Part shown: in pieces, positions 21,062-31,255 of the stretch | Position numbering within the stretch: the stretch's first letter is position 1 | Layout: each line of letters opens with the position of its first letter | NCBI GenBank assembly: GCA_017542055.1 | Contig: JAFXXW010000030.1 | Span: 369 to 64,368 of the forward strand | Length of the DNA stretch: 64,000 nucleotides | Source: Kiritimatiellia bacterium | GTDB taxonomy: Bacteria; Verrucomicrobiota; Kiritimatiellia; RFP12; UBA1067 | Reading direction: 5' to 3' | Made by a program: the position numbers and the translations under genes | The notes under the pieces: generated by a model | The model's input: only the letters and a program-made list of their open reading frames with translations | The model's database searches: none | What the model was told of the DNA's origin: nothing

Positions 21062-21870
21062 AGCGAACCGGTCCCCCGCCAGCCGATTTTACGGCACATC
21101 ACGTCGCACGGATCGTAGCCTTCCAGCTCCACCACGAGCGCGTTCTGGCTGGAGCGCACCACCTCCGCCGTCTCGTTGCCGTCCAGCGAAAACACGAGCT
21201 CGCCGTCGGCATAGACGTTGATCTTTTCCGCCCGACCGTTCGAGCGCTGACAACTGGTGATGGCGAATTTCTGCCGGTCGGAAAACACGACCGGCCTCAC
21301 CCCAAGCGTATGCGGATTCATGGGGGTGATGACGATCACGCCGGACTCGGGCATCACCACCGGACCCCCGGCCGACAACGAATAGGCGGTAGAACCGGTA
21401 GGCGTGGCCAGAATGAGTCCGTCGCACATGTAGCGGGTAAACAGCTTGCCGTTGACCTGCAGATCGAGAACAGCGGCGTGACCGCTTATTTCGCGCGCGA
21501 TCACCACATCGTTCAAAGCGGTGATCATGGGACCCACAACGCCAACCTTGCCGACGGACACGACGGCGCGCTGGGACACGCGGAAGCGTCCGGCCGCCAA
21601 CGCCTCGATGGCAAGTTCGAAATCTTTCTCTTCCACGCTGGAAAGATAGCCCAAGGTGCCGAGATTGAGCCCCAGCACCGGCACGCCCGGATATTCGTGG
21701 ATGGCGCGCAGAATGGTGCCGTCGCCCCCCAAAGCCACGATGGCGTCGGCGTCGTAGCCCATGCATTCCTTGATGCCGTACTGCGCGGCTTTGGCGGCCA
21801 GCAGCTCCTTCTTGGCGAGGGCGTCGGCCTTCTTGAGATTGACGCTAAAGTGGATTTTGCCTATTTTCAT
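21058..21870 (-). CDS. nadK: NAD+ kinase
   Basis: 270 aa from the ATG at 21870 with the motifs GGDGT, TPTGSTAYSLSAGGP and NDVVI. The ATG overlaps the upstream stop (ATGA). Confidence 0.85.
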   Translation of the reverse strand: MKIGKIHFSVNLKKADALAKKELLAAKAAQYGIKECMGYDADAIVALGGDGTILRAIHEYPGVPVLGLNLGTLGYLSSVEEKDFELAIEALAAGRFRVSQRAVVSVGKVGVVGPMITALNDVVIAREISGHAAVLDLQVNGKLFTRYMCDGLILATPTGSTAYSLSAGGPVVMPESGVIVITPMNPHTLGVRPVVFSDRQKFAITSCQRSNGRAEKINVYADGELVFSLDGNETAEVVRSSQNALVVELEGYDPCDVMCRKIGWRGTGSL

Positions 21871-22352
21871 CGCTTCATCGCTATTTCGGGACAGGTGAAA
21901 GGATCGGTATGCTTGGTGCAATTGACGCAACCGGTGTAAAGCTTGTGCATGACTTCGGTTTTGGGTATCTCCCGGAAACCGAGCGAGCGGAAAAACTCCG
22001 GCGCGAAGGTGAGCACCACCAGTTCGCACGGACGGAACGCGGAAACCTTCCGCGCCACCTCCTCCACCAGCCGGCAGCCCGCGCCTTGTCGCCGGAACGC
22101 GCTTTTGACCGCCAGCGACTGGATTTCCACCATTGCCTTGGTCCAGTCGCCCAGTTCGGGATGGATGACATAAGACACGCAACCGATCATCTCGCCCTCC
22201 GCCTCGGCCACGAAAAAGCGATCGATATTCTGCACGATATCGCCGATCGAACGCGGCACCAGCTGGTCGCGATTGAGATGGACAAGCGCGAAAATGCGTT
22301 CCGCATCCGCGAGCGTGGCAGGTCGGATCAGCGTCTCCATGTTACTTTCCAT
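21867..22352 (-). CDS. GNAT N-acetyltransferase (short ArgA-like form)
   Basis: About 161 aa with the acetyl-CoA motif RRQGAGCRLVEE. The architecture resembles short N-acetylglutamate synthases. An alternative start lies at 22340. Confidence 0.65.
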   Translation of the reverse strand: MESNMETLIRPATLADAERIFALVHLNRDQLVPRSIGDIVQNIDRFFVAEAEGEMIGCVSYVIHPELGDWTKAMVEIQSLAVKSAFRRQGAGCRLVEEVARKVSAFRPCELVVLTFAPEFFRSLGFREIPKTEVMHKLYTGCVNCTKHTDPFTCPEIAMKR

Positions 22353-24364
22353 AGCGGTTGCGCCGGAGGGCGCGAGGGACGCGAATAGCCGCGCAACCCG
22401 CCACCTCCCGCATAGTCCATGCTCGACATCTGTACGCGCCGGCGATTGACGAGCGAATCGGGTATTTCCGTCGCGAACATGCTGGGGTTGACCGGATACA
22501 TGCCGCCATCGGGGTTCTTGCGGATGGTGGGCGAAAAGAGATAGAGATGATCCTTGGCTCGCGTCACCGCCACGTAGAAAAGCCTCCGCTCCTCGTCCAT
22601 GCGCCCTTCCTCGGCCGCCTTCTGGCTGGGGAACATGCTTTCCGTGAGCCATGGCACGAACACCACCGGCCACTCCATTCCCTTGGCCTGATGGACGGTG
22701 GAAAGCGTGACCCGGTCGGCCTCGGGATCGTTGCGCCGCATATCCAGATTGGTCATGAGCGCCACGTCGGTCAGAAAACCCTCGAGACCCGTGTCCGAAG
22801 CCGCGATTTGCGCAGCCAGCTCCTTGATGTCGTCCAGCCGGTCGTCGGCCTCCTCGCCTTCGAACTCCCGGTGAAGGTGATTGGCATAGAAATATTCGCA
22901 GAAATCCTCTACCGCCTTACCCGTTTCGCCCCGCTCCAGATGGTCCCCGGCGCGGGCAAAGGCGCTCGCGATCTGCTCCCAGACCGGCTTGGCCTTGGTG
23001 CCCAGAATACCCGCGAGCGAATCGCGGTCGGACTGGCGGCGTCCGTCGAACATGCCGCCCAGCTTGTCCCAATATTTCTTGGCGGACTTCTCCCCCACGC
23101 CCGGCAGCATCCCCATGAGCCGCATGAAGCTGAGTTCGTCGCGCGGATTTACGAGGAGTCGCAGATAGGCGAGGACGTCTTTGGTATGGAGCTGCTCGAA
23201 CACGCCCACGCCGCTGGTGATGCGATGCGGCACGTGCAACCGCGCAAACGCCATCTGTACGTCGATTGAATGGAAATGGCTGCGATAGAGCACCGCCATG
23301 TCGTTGTAGCGATAACCCAGATCGAGGAATTCCCGGACGAGCCGCAGAATCTCCTGCGCCTGGGCCTTGCCGTCGTAGCAGACGCACTTCCAGGGCTTGT
23401 CGCCGGACTTCGGTCTAAACGCCCTGAGCCGCTTTTCGAACTGGCCGGGCGCATCCTTCATCACCACGTTGGCCACGTCCAGGATGCCCGGTACCGACCG
23501 GTAGTTGCGCTCCAGTTTGATGATGCGGCAACCCTGCCAGCGCCGGGGGAAATCCATGATATTCTCGATCTGCGCGCCGCGCCAAGTGTAGATGCACTGG
23601 AAATCGTCCCCTACCGCCATGATGTTGCGCCACTTTTCGGCCAAAATGTCGGTAAACTCCGCCTGCAGTCCGTTGGTGTCCTGGTATTCGTCCACCAGCA
23701 CGTGCCGGAAATGCTCCTGCAACAGTTCGCGCACCCCCTGCTGCGTCTTGAGGAGCTTGAGCCCGTAAACCAATAGATCGTCGAAATCCATCGCGCCCAA
23801 CTCGAGCTTGCGCGCCCGATACTTGCCGGCGATGCTCCCGATGGCTTCGGGGTCGATGCCGCCCGTCTTCGTTTGCCACCTAGATGCGATGTCCTCCACG
23901 CGCTTGCCCTCGTTGGCCGACTCGCTGATGATCTTGGCGATAATCTCCTTCTTGGGGAATTCCTTGGGGTTGGGCACCGACGACTTGATGATTTCTCCGA
24001 TCAGCTTTTTCTGGTCGTCCTCGTCCAGAATCTGGAAGTCGGGCTGGAACCCGATTTTCCCGCCATATCGCCTGAGCAGCCGGGCGCAGATGGAATGGAA
24101 CGTACCCGACCAGATGGCGCTCACGGCGTCGCCGCAAAGCTTTTGGGCGCGCTCGCGCATTTCCCGGGCGGCGCGATTGGTGAAGGTGAGGAGCAATATC
24201 CGCGAAGGATCCTCCCCCTGCTCGATCAAATACGCCACCCGATGCACCAAAGTGCGCGTCTTGCCCGTGCCCGCAGCCGCCAGCACCAGCAAAGGACCCT
24301 CGCCGGCGGTAGCTGCCGCGAACTGTTCGGGATTCAGGAGCTGGGCGAAATCCGTCATCGGCAA
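22328..24364 (-). CDS. UvrD/PcrA-family ATP-dependent DNA helicase
   Basis: 678 aa with SF1 motifs AAAGTGKT, TFTNRAA, VDEYQDTN, NYRS and TVHQAKGMEW. Confidence 0.85.
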   Translation of the reverse strand: MPMTDFAQLLNPEQFAAATAGEGPLLVLAAAGTGKTRTLVHRVAYLIEQGEDPSRILLLTFTNRAAREMRERAQKLCGDAVSAIWSGTFHSICARLLRRYGGKIGFQPDFQILDEDDQKKLIGEIIKSSVPNPKEFPKKEIIAKIISESANEGKRVEDIASRWQTKTGGIDPEAIGSIAGKYRARKLELGAMDFDDLLVYGLKLLKTQQGVRELLQEHFRHVLVDEYQDTNGLQAEFTDILAEKWRNIMAVGDDFQCIYTWRGAQIENIMDFPRRWQGCRIIKLERNYRSVPGILDVANVVMKDAPGQFEKRLRAFRPKSGDKPWKCVCYDGKAQAQEILRLVREFLDLGYRYNDMAVLYRSHFHSIDVQMAFARLHVPHRITSGVGVFEQLHTKDVLAYLRLLVNPRDELSFMRLMGMLPGVGEKSAKKYWDKLGGMFDGRRQSDRDSLAGILGTKAKPVWEQIASAFARAGDHLERGETGKAVEDFCEYFYANHLHREFEGEEADDRLDDIKELAAQIAASDTGLEGFLTDVALMTNLDMRRNDPEADRVTLSTVHQAKGMEWPVVFVPWLTESMFPSQKAAEEGRMDEERRLFYVAVTRAKDHLYLFSPTIRKNPDGGMYPVNPSMFATEIPDSLVNRRRVQMSSMDYAGGGGLRGYSRPSRPPAQPLWKVTWRR

Positions 24365-24365
24365 C

Positions 24366-25730
24366 CTACTTGGTGATGTAGATCTTGACCATGTCCGTTT
24401 TGTAGCAGGACTTTTCGGAAATGTCCAGTTCCTCGAAAAGCTTTTCGCCGGGCCGGATGCCGGTGAAGACGATCGGGATGTCCACGTAGGGCAGATATCC
24501 CGCCTGGCGGATCATGCTTTCGGCCAGATCCACGATTTTGACGGGCCGCCCCATGTCGAGCGTGTAGATGGCGCGCTCGGACCGGCTCGCGGCCTGCAGC
24601 ACCAGCGACACCGCCTCGTCTACCGTCATGAAATAGCGCTGCATGTCGGGATGGGTGACGGTCACAGGTCCGCCCTTGGCGATCTGCTCCTTGAACAGCG
24701 GCACCACCGAACCAGAAGACCCGAGCACGTTGCCGAAGCGCACTGCCGCGAACGACGTGCCGCCCTCCCGGTTGAAATTCATGAGCGCGCGTTCGGCCGC
24801 CTGCTTGGTCTTGCCCATCACGGACACGGGATTGACGGCCTTGTCGGTGCTGATCATCACGAAACGCTCCACCCCGTGCTGCGCCGCGAGTCCCGCCAAA
24901 GTGATGGTGGCCTGCGTGTTGTTGAGATAGCCAGCCTCGGGATTCTTCTCCACCATCGGCACGTGCTTGTAGGCTGCCGCGTGCAACACCACCCGGGGCG
25001 CGTACTCCTCGAAAATAGCCGACATCTTATCCTCGTCGCCGCAATCGGCCATCACCGGCACGAATTCCACGTTGGCGCAAAGCGCCGCCATCTTGCGATC
25101 GATTTCATACAGCGCGTTCTCGCCTCGCTCCACCAAAATCACCTTGGCCGCACCCGCAAACGCCACCTGCCGGACGATTTCGGACCCGATGCTCCCGCCC
25201 GCGCCGGTGACCATCACGCACTTGCCCAGCAAAAACCGGGCCGCCGGCGAGTTGTCGAAACGCCGCTCGGTGCGCTCCAGGAGCCCCGACTCGCGCTGCC
25301 GCTCCAGCCAGTAATGCTTCCAGGCGAAACGCACCGCGATCATCCCGGCCGAAGCGAAAATCGCCGTCATGCCCGCTACCGTGTAGGGCGGACGCAGATA
25401 GGCGTAGTCCATGCTCTCCATCCAGTAGCGCAAGGCCACCAGCACCGCGATGGTCGATAGCGCCGCCAGAAGATAGCGCGGAACTTGCGTCAGGCGCATC
25501 TGCCGCCAGGAGCGGTTATAGGCGCCGAACAGCATCAACATGGCCAGATGCACCGCCGCCACTGTCGCGAAACAACTCCCTACCGCCTTCCAGCCCCATT
25601 GCGGCGCCAGGAAGTTCATGCGCAGCAGGAACGCCGTCAGATACGCTACCGCCACGATGGCGAGGTCGGTGGCTATCGCGGCAAGGCGCAACAGCACCAG
25701 TTCGGTCCAGGCTTTGACTCGGTTTTCCAT
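24366..25730 (-). CDS. Polysaccharide biosynthesis protein, CapD/PglF/WbpM-type NDP-sugar dehydratase
   Basis: 454 aa from the ATG at 25730 with four N-terminal TM helices. The SDR domain shows VTGAGGSIGSE, AAYKHVP and ISTDKAV. Confidence 0.8.
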   Translation of the reverse strand: MENRVKAWTELVLLRLAAIATDLAIVAVAYLTAFLLRMNFLAPQWGWKAVGSCFATVAAVHLAMLMLFGAYNRSWRQMRLTQVPRYLLAALSTIAVLVALRYWMESMDYAYLRPPYTVAGMTAIFASAGMIAVRFAWKHYWLERQRESGLLERTERRFDNSPAARFLLGKCVMVTGAGGSIGSEIVRQVAFAGAAKVILVERGENALYEIDRKMAALCANVEFVPVMADCGDEDKMSAIFEEYAPRVVLHAAAYKHVPMVEKNPEAGYLNNTQATITLAGLAAQHGVERFVMISTDKAVNPVSVMGKTKQAAERALMNFNREGGTSFAAVRFGNVLGSSGSVVPLFKEQIAKGGPVTVTHPDMQRYFMTVDEAVSLVLQAASRSERAIYTLDMGRPVKIVDLAESMIRQAGYLPYVDIPIVFTGIRPGEKLFEELDISEKSCYKTDMVKIYITK

Positions 25731-26392
25731 CAAATGAAGAAGTAAAGGACGGCCGGAGCCACGAGGAGCGAATCGAACATGTCCAGGAAGCCGCCCATGC
25801 CGTTGGTGATTTTCATGGAGGAGGAGTCCTTGACTCCGATCCAACGTTTGAACTTGGACTCGATCAAGTCGCCCAAAGAGCCCAGCACTGCCGCCGCCAC
25901 GCCGAACGCGATCGCCTTGGCGGGAGCGAAATGGGTAGCGGGAATGAAGCAGCACGAAACGAGCGACGAGAGGAAGATCGACCCGGCCATGCCCTCCCAG
26001 CTCTTGTTGGGCGAAATCCCCGGACACATCTTGTGGTTGCCGCCCTTCATGCACTTGGCGGAAGTGAGCCCGAAAGCGAATCCGCCCACGTCGGAAAACT
26101 TGACGATGGCGATCACGTAAAGGAGCATCACGTTGCCGAATTTGTCCACTGTCGCCGCCAACATGGAGAAGCCGGCGAAGATGAGCGCCACTCCTGCCAC
26201 CAACGCCAACAGCGCCGCCGGAACGGGCCGGTCGAATTTCTTCTTGAGTAGCAGCAGATACTCCATGATCGACAGCGCGATCAGTCCGGCGATCACCGGC
26301 ACTACCGCTTTGGGCGGAGTGAAGAGAATGGCGCAAATCACAATCGCGCCGACCAAGAGTCCCGTCAATGTACGTTTGGCTACCGGATTCAT
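25730..26392 (-). CDS. cdsA: Phosphatidate cytidylyltransferase
   Basis: 220 aa from the ATG at 26392. It is multi-TM with the CdsA signature SPNKSWEG...GDLIES..KR..GVKD. Confidence 0.8.
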   Translation of the reverse strand: MNPVAKRTLTGLLVGAIVICAILFTPPKAVVPVIAGLIALSIMEYLLLLKKKFDRPVPAALLALVAGVALIFAGFSMLAATVDKFGNVMLLYVIAIVKFSDVGGFAFGLTSAKCMKGGNHKMCPGISPNKSWEGMAGSIFLSSLVSCCFIPATHFAPAKAIAFGVAAAVLGSLGDLIESKFKRWIGVKDSSSMKITNGMGGFLDMFDSLLVAPAVLYFFI

Positions 26393-27051
26393 TTTGTCAG
26401 TCTCCCTCCCATTCTGCGTTCCCGCTTGGCGTACGAGGCCAGCGCCCGGTCGAATTCGGCCTGGTCGAAATCGGGCCAAAGGGTTTCGGTGAAATAATAC
26501 TCGCTGTAGGCGCTCTGCCACAAAAGAAAATTGCTGATGCGCTGCTCGCCGGACGTGCGGATCACCAGATCCGGATCGGGCAATCCGGCCGTGTCGAGGC
26601 AGTTGGCGAAGTCCTCCTCCGTGCCGCCCCGGAACTTCATGGCCGCGCGCACTATCTCGTCCCTGCCGCCATACGACAGCGCCACGATCAGCGTGAAATC
26701 TCCGGCCTTCGTCTTTTCCTCCAACGCCGCGATTTCCGCCTGCAGTTTTTCGCTCAAGTCGCTGCGCCGGCCGATCACCCTGAAGCGCACCCCTTCCGCG
26801 AGCAGCTCCTTCTCCTTGGAATGGACGAAGCCGGACAGGAGCTTCATGAGCCCCGACACTTCCTCTTCCGACCGCTTCCAGTTTTCCGTGCTGAACGCGT
26901 AGACGGTGAGATACCGGATGCCGGCCGCCTTGCAGTAATGCATGCACCGGTCGAGCGCCTCCGCCCCGGCCCGGTGGCCCATGATGCGCGGCAGATGGCG
27001 CTTTTCGGCCCATCTGCCGTTGCCGTCCATTATGACCGCCAGGTGCTCCAT
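26389..27051 (-). CDS. uppS: Di-trans,poly-cis-undecaprenyl-diphosphate synthase
   Basis: 220 aa from the ATG at 27051 with the motifs IMDGNGRWA, YAFSTENW, IRTSGEQRISNFLLWQ. Confidence 0.9.
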   Translation of the reverse strand: MEHLAVIMDGNGRWAEKRHLPRIMGHRAGAEALDRCMHYCKAAGIRYLTVYAFSTENWKRSEEEVSGLMKLLSGFVHSKEKELLAEGVRFRVIGRRSDLSEKLQAEIAALEEKTKAGDFTLIVALSYGGRDEIVRAAMKFRGGTEEDFANCLDTAGLPDPDLVIRTSGEQRISNFLLWQSAYSEYYFTETLWPDFDQAEFDRALASYAKRERRMGGRLTK

Positions 27052-28328
27052 CAAATGTTGATCCGGAGCGTGGTTTCGCGCGCAGGGCCCACCGAAAGCA
27101 CGCCCAGCTTGCCTCCGCAGATTTCGAGAATGCGCTCGATGTACTTCTTGGCGTTCTCGGGCAGCTCCGAATAGTCGGTGATGTGGCTCGTCTCGCACTG
27201 CCAGCCGGGCAGTTCCTCGTAGATGGGTTCGCACGTGGCGAGCGCGTCGAGGTCCATCGGGAAAGTCTGGTACACGAAACCGTCGGGCCGGCGATACCCC
27301 GTGCAGATCTTGACCACCGGGAACGTGTCCAGCACGTCCAGCTTGGTCATGGCCCAGTAGTCGATGCCGTTGATGCGCCGCGCGAAACGCGCCACGCACG
27401 CGTCGAACCAGCCGCAACGACGAGGCCGTCCGGTGGTGGCGCCATACTCGCCGCCCCGCTGACGCAAAGTCTCGCCGTCCGCGTCGGACAGTTCGGTGGG
27501 GAACGGACCCTCGCCCACTCGCGTCGTGTAGAGCTTGAGGACGCCGATCACCCGGTCGATGCACCGGGGACTCACGCCCGACCCCGTGCAGGCGCCGCCC
27601 GCAGTGGGATTGGAGCTCGTCACGAAAGGATACGTGCCGAAATCGATATCGAGCATGGTGGCCTGCGCCCCCTCGAAGAGAATGGACTTGTCCGACTCCA
27701 GCTGTTCGTGGATGAACTGGATGGTATCCGTCACGTACGGCATCAAGGCGGGCTTGACCGGCAGATACAGCTTGACCATCTCGTCCGGATCGAGCGGCTG
27801 GGCGTTGAGCGCCTTGAGCTTGCGGTTGGCCTCCTCCACGTGCTCGCGAATGAGATCTTCGAAGTTGGGCTTGAGGATGTCGCCCACGCGCATGCCGCTG
27901 CGACCCACCTTGTCGGCGTAGGCCGGACCGATTCCGCGTCCGGTGGTGCCGATCTTCTTGCCCTCGGGCCTGGCCGCCTCGTCGGCCCGGTCCAAAGCCC
28001 GGTGCCACTGCATCACCATTTGCGCGCGCTCGGAGATGTGGAAGCGACCCTGCAGCTCGAAGCCCCAGCTCTTGACCTGCTCGAGCTCCTTCATGAGATC
28101 GAACGGATCCATCACCACGCCGTTGCCGATGATGCAATGCTTGCCCTCGTGCAACACGCCCGACGGCACCAGATGCAGCACATACTTATTGTCGCCCACC
28201 ACTACGGTGTGGCCGGCGTTGGAGCCGCCTTGGAAGCGCACCACCACGTCCGACTCTTCCGTCAGGAAGTCGATGACCTTGCCCTTGCCTTCATCGCCCC
28301 ATTGGGCACCCACCAGCACTGTATTCAT
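27051..28328 (-). CDS. purA: Adenylosuccinate synthetase
   Basis: 425 aa with the motifs GAQWGDEGKGK, GTTGRGIGPAY and GATTGRPRRCGW. Confidence 0.95.
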   Translation of the reverse strand: MNTVLVGAQWGDEGKGKVIDFLTEESDVVVRFQGGSNAGHTVVVGDNKYVLHLVPSGVLHEGKHCIIGNGVVMDPFDLMKELEQVKSWGFELQGRFHISERAQMVMQWHRALDRADEAARPEGKKIGTTGRGIGPAYADKVGRSGMRVGDILKPNFEDLIREHVEEANRKLKALNAQPLDPDEMVKLYLPVKPALMPYVTDTIQFIHEQLESDKSILFEGAQATMLDIDFGTYPFVTSSNPTAGGACTGSGVSPRCIDRVIGVLKLYTTRVGEGPFPTELSDADGETLRQRGGEYGATTGRPRRCGWFDACVARFARRINGIDYWAMTKLDVLDTFPVVKICTGYRRPDGFVYQTFPMDLDALATCEPIYEELPGWQCETSHITDYSELPENAKKYIERILEICGGKLGVLSVGPARETTLRINI

Positions 28329-28362
28329 TTTCGGTTGTTCCTATTTTAAATGGTTATGCTAT

Positions 28363-28391
28363 ATTATATCATAAATAGCCGCTCAAGTAAA
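28363..28391 (-). promoter_or_regulatory. Promoter of the purA operon (inside the 3' end of the PHP gene)
   Basis: TTTACT-N17-TATAAT within CTATTTATGATATAATA. Confidence 0.6.
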
Positions 28392-29191
28392 GGGGAAATA
28401 AAACTTTCCGATACATCCATCCCCAACGCGATGTGGGGCTTGTTGTCGCCGTGAAAGTCGCTTCCGGCCGATTTTACCAGCCCCAAACGGTCCGCCATGC
28501 GCGTAAATTCCACGTTCATCTCCGGGGTGTTGGCCTCGTACAGCGCCTCGAGTCCGTCCAGCCCCATCTCCTTCAGCGGCCCCAGATTGCGCTCCACGCG
28601 TCGAAAATCGACTCCGGTCGTTTTCCACTGGAAAGACCAGTATCGGGGGTGCGCCATGATCGCCAAACCCCCTGCCGCGTGCACCACCCGGATGGCCTCC
28701 TCCTGCGAAGGCTGGTACCGCTCCACGAAACAGCTCGTCGCGGCCGGCGAATTCTTCATGAGGTAGCGCTCGAACGCCTCGGGGATGCTCTTCACATACC
28801 CCTTGTCCATCAGCCAACGCGCGAAATGCGGTCTCGCCAACACCTCCCCGTGCGCATAGCCGGCAATCTCGTCGGCGGGGATTTCGATACCCAAGCGCGC
28901 AAACCGCTCGATTATCCGCTTGTTTCGCTCGTTCCGGCCCGAGAGAATATCGCGCAGGAAGTTTTTAAGTTCCGCGCTATTGGGATCGATCCCCAGCCCC
29001 AGAAGATGGAACTGGTCCAACCCCTCGCCCGGATCTACCGCGAGTTCTATCCCGTTGGAACCGGCATCCACGTTGTCGTGATCGGTGATGATATAGTGGC
29101 GCATCCCGATCGCTTCCGCCTTGCGGGCGATTTCCTCGGGCGTGAAGGTGCCGTCGGAAAAGGACGAATGGAGGTGAAAGTCAACTTTCAT
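28364..29191 (-). CDS. PHP-domain phosphoesterase (TrpH/YciV family)
   Basis: 275 aa with DFHLHSSFSDG at the N-terminus, MAHP in the middle and GSDFHG near the C-terminus. Confidence 0.75.
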   Translation of the reverse strand: MKVDFHLHSSFSDGTFTPEEIARKAEAIGMRHYIITDHDNVDAGSNGIELAVDPGEGLDQFHLLGLGIDPNSAELKNFLRDILSGRNERNKRIIERFARLGIEIPADEIAGYAHGEVLARPHFARWLMDKGYVKSIPEAFERYLMKNSPAATSCFVERYQPSQEEAIRVVHAAGGLAIMAHPRYWSFQWKTTGVDFRRVERNLGPLKEMGLDGLEALYEANTPEMNVEFTRMADRLGLVKSAGSDFHGDNKPHIALGMDVSESFISPLLERLFMI

Positions 29192-30447
29192 GGATGATCT
29201 TTTCCGCGCCCCGAATCCATTCGCGCATCAAAGCTTCGCTTTGGGCCTCCACCAAGAGCCGCAAATACGGCTCGGTGTTGGACTTCCGGACCGACATCCA
29301 CCCCTCCGGCTTCTCCATCCGGTAGCCGTCCAGATCGTTCACTTCGCCCCCGAACCACTCCCGGATGCGTTCCATCGCGTCGTCCTTGTCCTCCACCCGG
29401 TAGTTGAGCTCGCCGGAATTGGCGTAGCGCGTGGCGATCGGCGCCATCAGCTGCGAAAAAACCATCCCCTCGCGCCTGGCTTTGACAGCCTCGCCCAGAA
29501 TGCGGATGGCCGCCAGCAGTCCCGAGTCGCACCCGTGAAAATCGCGGAAATAGTAGTGCCCGGCCAGTTCCCCGCCCCCGATCGACCAGATCTTGCGCAA
29601 AATCGGCTTGGCGAAGGCGTGTCCTACCGGCACCATCACCGGTTCGCCCCCCTGCTCGCGAATATATTCGATGACTCCCCTGCTCGTCCGCACGTCGTGA
29701 ATCACCTTCTCGCCCTTCACCGGCACCACCAACGGGATGAGGTAATCGGGCTGGACGAAATCGCCCTTTTCGTCCACCACCATGCAGCGATCGGCGTCCC
29801 CGTCGAATATGACGCCCAAATCCAGTCCATCCAGGCGCACCAATTCCGACATCTGCCGCCTCGCTGCGGGATCGAGCGGATTGGGGCTGTGCGCGGGAAA
29901 ACTGCCGTCCATTTCGTCGTTGATGATGGTCGCTTGCGGGAAAAGCTTGCGCACCAAGAGCGACGCCATGCCGTTGCTGGCGTCGAGTCCGAACTTAAGT
30001 CCCGTCAAGTCGCCCAACTGGGACCGCATGAAAGCGAGATAGCGCTCAAGATAGTCCATTGACGATCGCCTCCACTTTGTCGAGTCCGTCCTTGTAGCCC
30101 ACCGGCAATGCCGTCTTGACGGACACCTTGAGCCCGTTGTCGGAAGGCGGATTGTGCGACGCGGTGATCATCACCGACGCGTCAAAACCGTCTTCGGCCG
30201 TGAAATAATAGACCATCGGCGTGGTGCAGAGCCCCAAATCGCTCACTTCGGCCCCGCTCTCTTTGAGCCCCTTTACTAGCGCCTCGTGCACGGCCGGCGA
30301 AGTGAGCCGGCAATCGCGACCCACCAGCCACTTCCTAGCGTTCAGCACCTTCGGCAGCGCCTCGCCCACCTTGCGGACGGTATCGAGGTCGAAATCCTTG
30401 CCGAACGTTCCGCGCATGTCATACGCTTTGAAGAATCCCATCCACAT
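29181..30447 (-). pseudogene. Phosphomannomutase/phosphoglucomutase split by a +1 frame change near 30046..30059
   Basis: ORF 30046..30447 encodes domain I with the active site TASHNPPSDNG. ORF 29181..30059 encodes domains II-IV (DGDADR, GGELAGH, RKSNTEPYLR). The two frames overlap by 14 nt. Confidence 0.6.
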
Positions 30448-31255
30448 CCCTCCTTATCTGCGCTTTGAGTGCTTCGGTCGAGTCGAATTTGCGTTCGGGC
30501 CGGATGAAGCGCACCATTTCTACCTCGCACCGGTCTTGAATCTCCGCGCCCGGCTCCAGCAGATGCACCTCGCACACTGCTCCATCCCAAGCCTGCTCCC
30601 CGAAAGTTGGCGCCACGCCATAATTGGCCACGCCTCTCGCTCCCCCCATACGTACCTCGTAAACGCCATGCGGCACCTTGACGAGGCCCTCGTCCGGACG
30701 CAAATTGACGGTTGGGAAGCCGAGTTTCCGTCCCTCGCCCTTGCCCTTCGCCACCCGGCCCGAAAACCGCCAGACGCGTCCCAGCATTTTCGCCGCCCCC
30801 TGCATGTCGCCTTGCCTTAGCGCCTGCCGGATGCGGGTAGAGGAAATCTTCTCGCCTTGATACGTCTCGTAGGGAACGGTCTCTGCCGCGTATCCGGCCT
30901 GCTTGAGCCAACCGATATCGCCCTTGCCGCCCTTCCCGAAGCGCCAGTTTTCTCCGGCATATACCCGCTTGACTCCCAACGGTCTGAGATATCGCTCCGT
31001 AAACTCTTCCGGTGTCATCGCGGCCAGCTTCGCGTCGAAATCGAGGACGATGAGCTTCTTCCCGCTTGCCGCGAGCCGCCCCAGCCGCGCTTCCGGGGTC
31101 ATGATAAATTCGGGAGTTTTTTCGGGTGCGATCGTCGACAGCGGATGGTTCCGGAACGTCATGACCGTTTCCGCTTGGCGGAGAATGGCCTGGTGTCCCT
31201 TGTGTACGCCGTCGAAAAAGCCTATCGCAAGGCTACCTTGAGCGGCATCACCCAT
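30419..31255 (-). CDS. ribF: Bifunctional riboflavin kinase / FAD synthetase
   Basis: 278 aa with GFFDGVHKGHQ, ISSTRIR and the kinase domain GRKLGFPTVN. Confidence 0.85.
   Translation of the reverse strand: MGDAAQGSLAIGFFDGVHKGHQAILRQAETVMTFRNHPLSTIAPEKTPEFIMTPEARLGRLAASGKKLIVLDFDAKLAAMTPEEFTERYLRPLGVKRVYAGENWRFGKGGKGDIGWLKQAGYAAETVPYETYQGEKISSTRIRQALRQGDMQGAAKMLGRVWRFSGRVAKGKGEGRKLGFPTVNLRPDEGLVKVPHGVYEVRMGGARGVANYGVAPTFGEQAWDGAVCEVHLLEPGAEIQDRCEVEMVRFIRPERKFDSTEALKAQIRRDVDGILQSV

Noticed and set aside
30040-30065. Programmed +1 ribosomal frameshift joining the two phosphomannomutase frames.
   Set aside because: There is no slippery motif, no prfB-like CUU-UGA-C context and no upstream SD-like stimulator. 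An indel (real or a sequencing error) is the simpler explanation.
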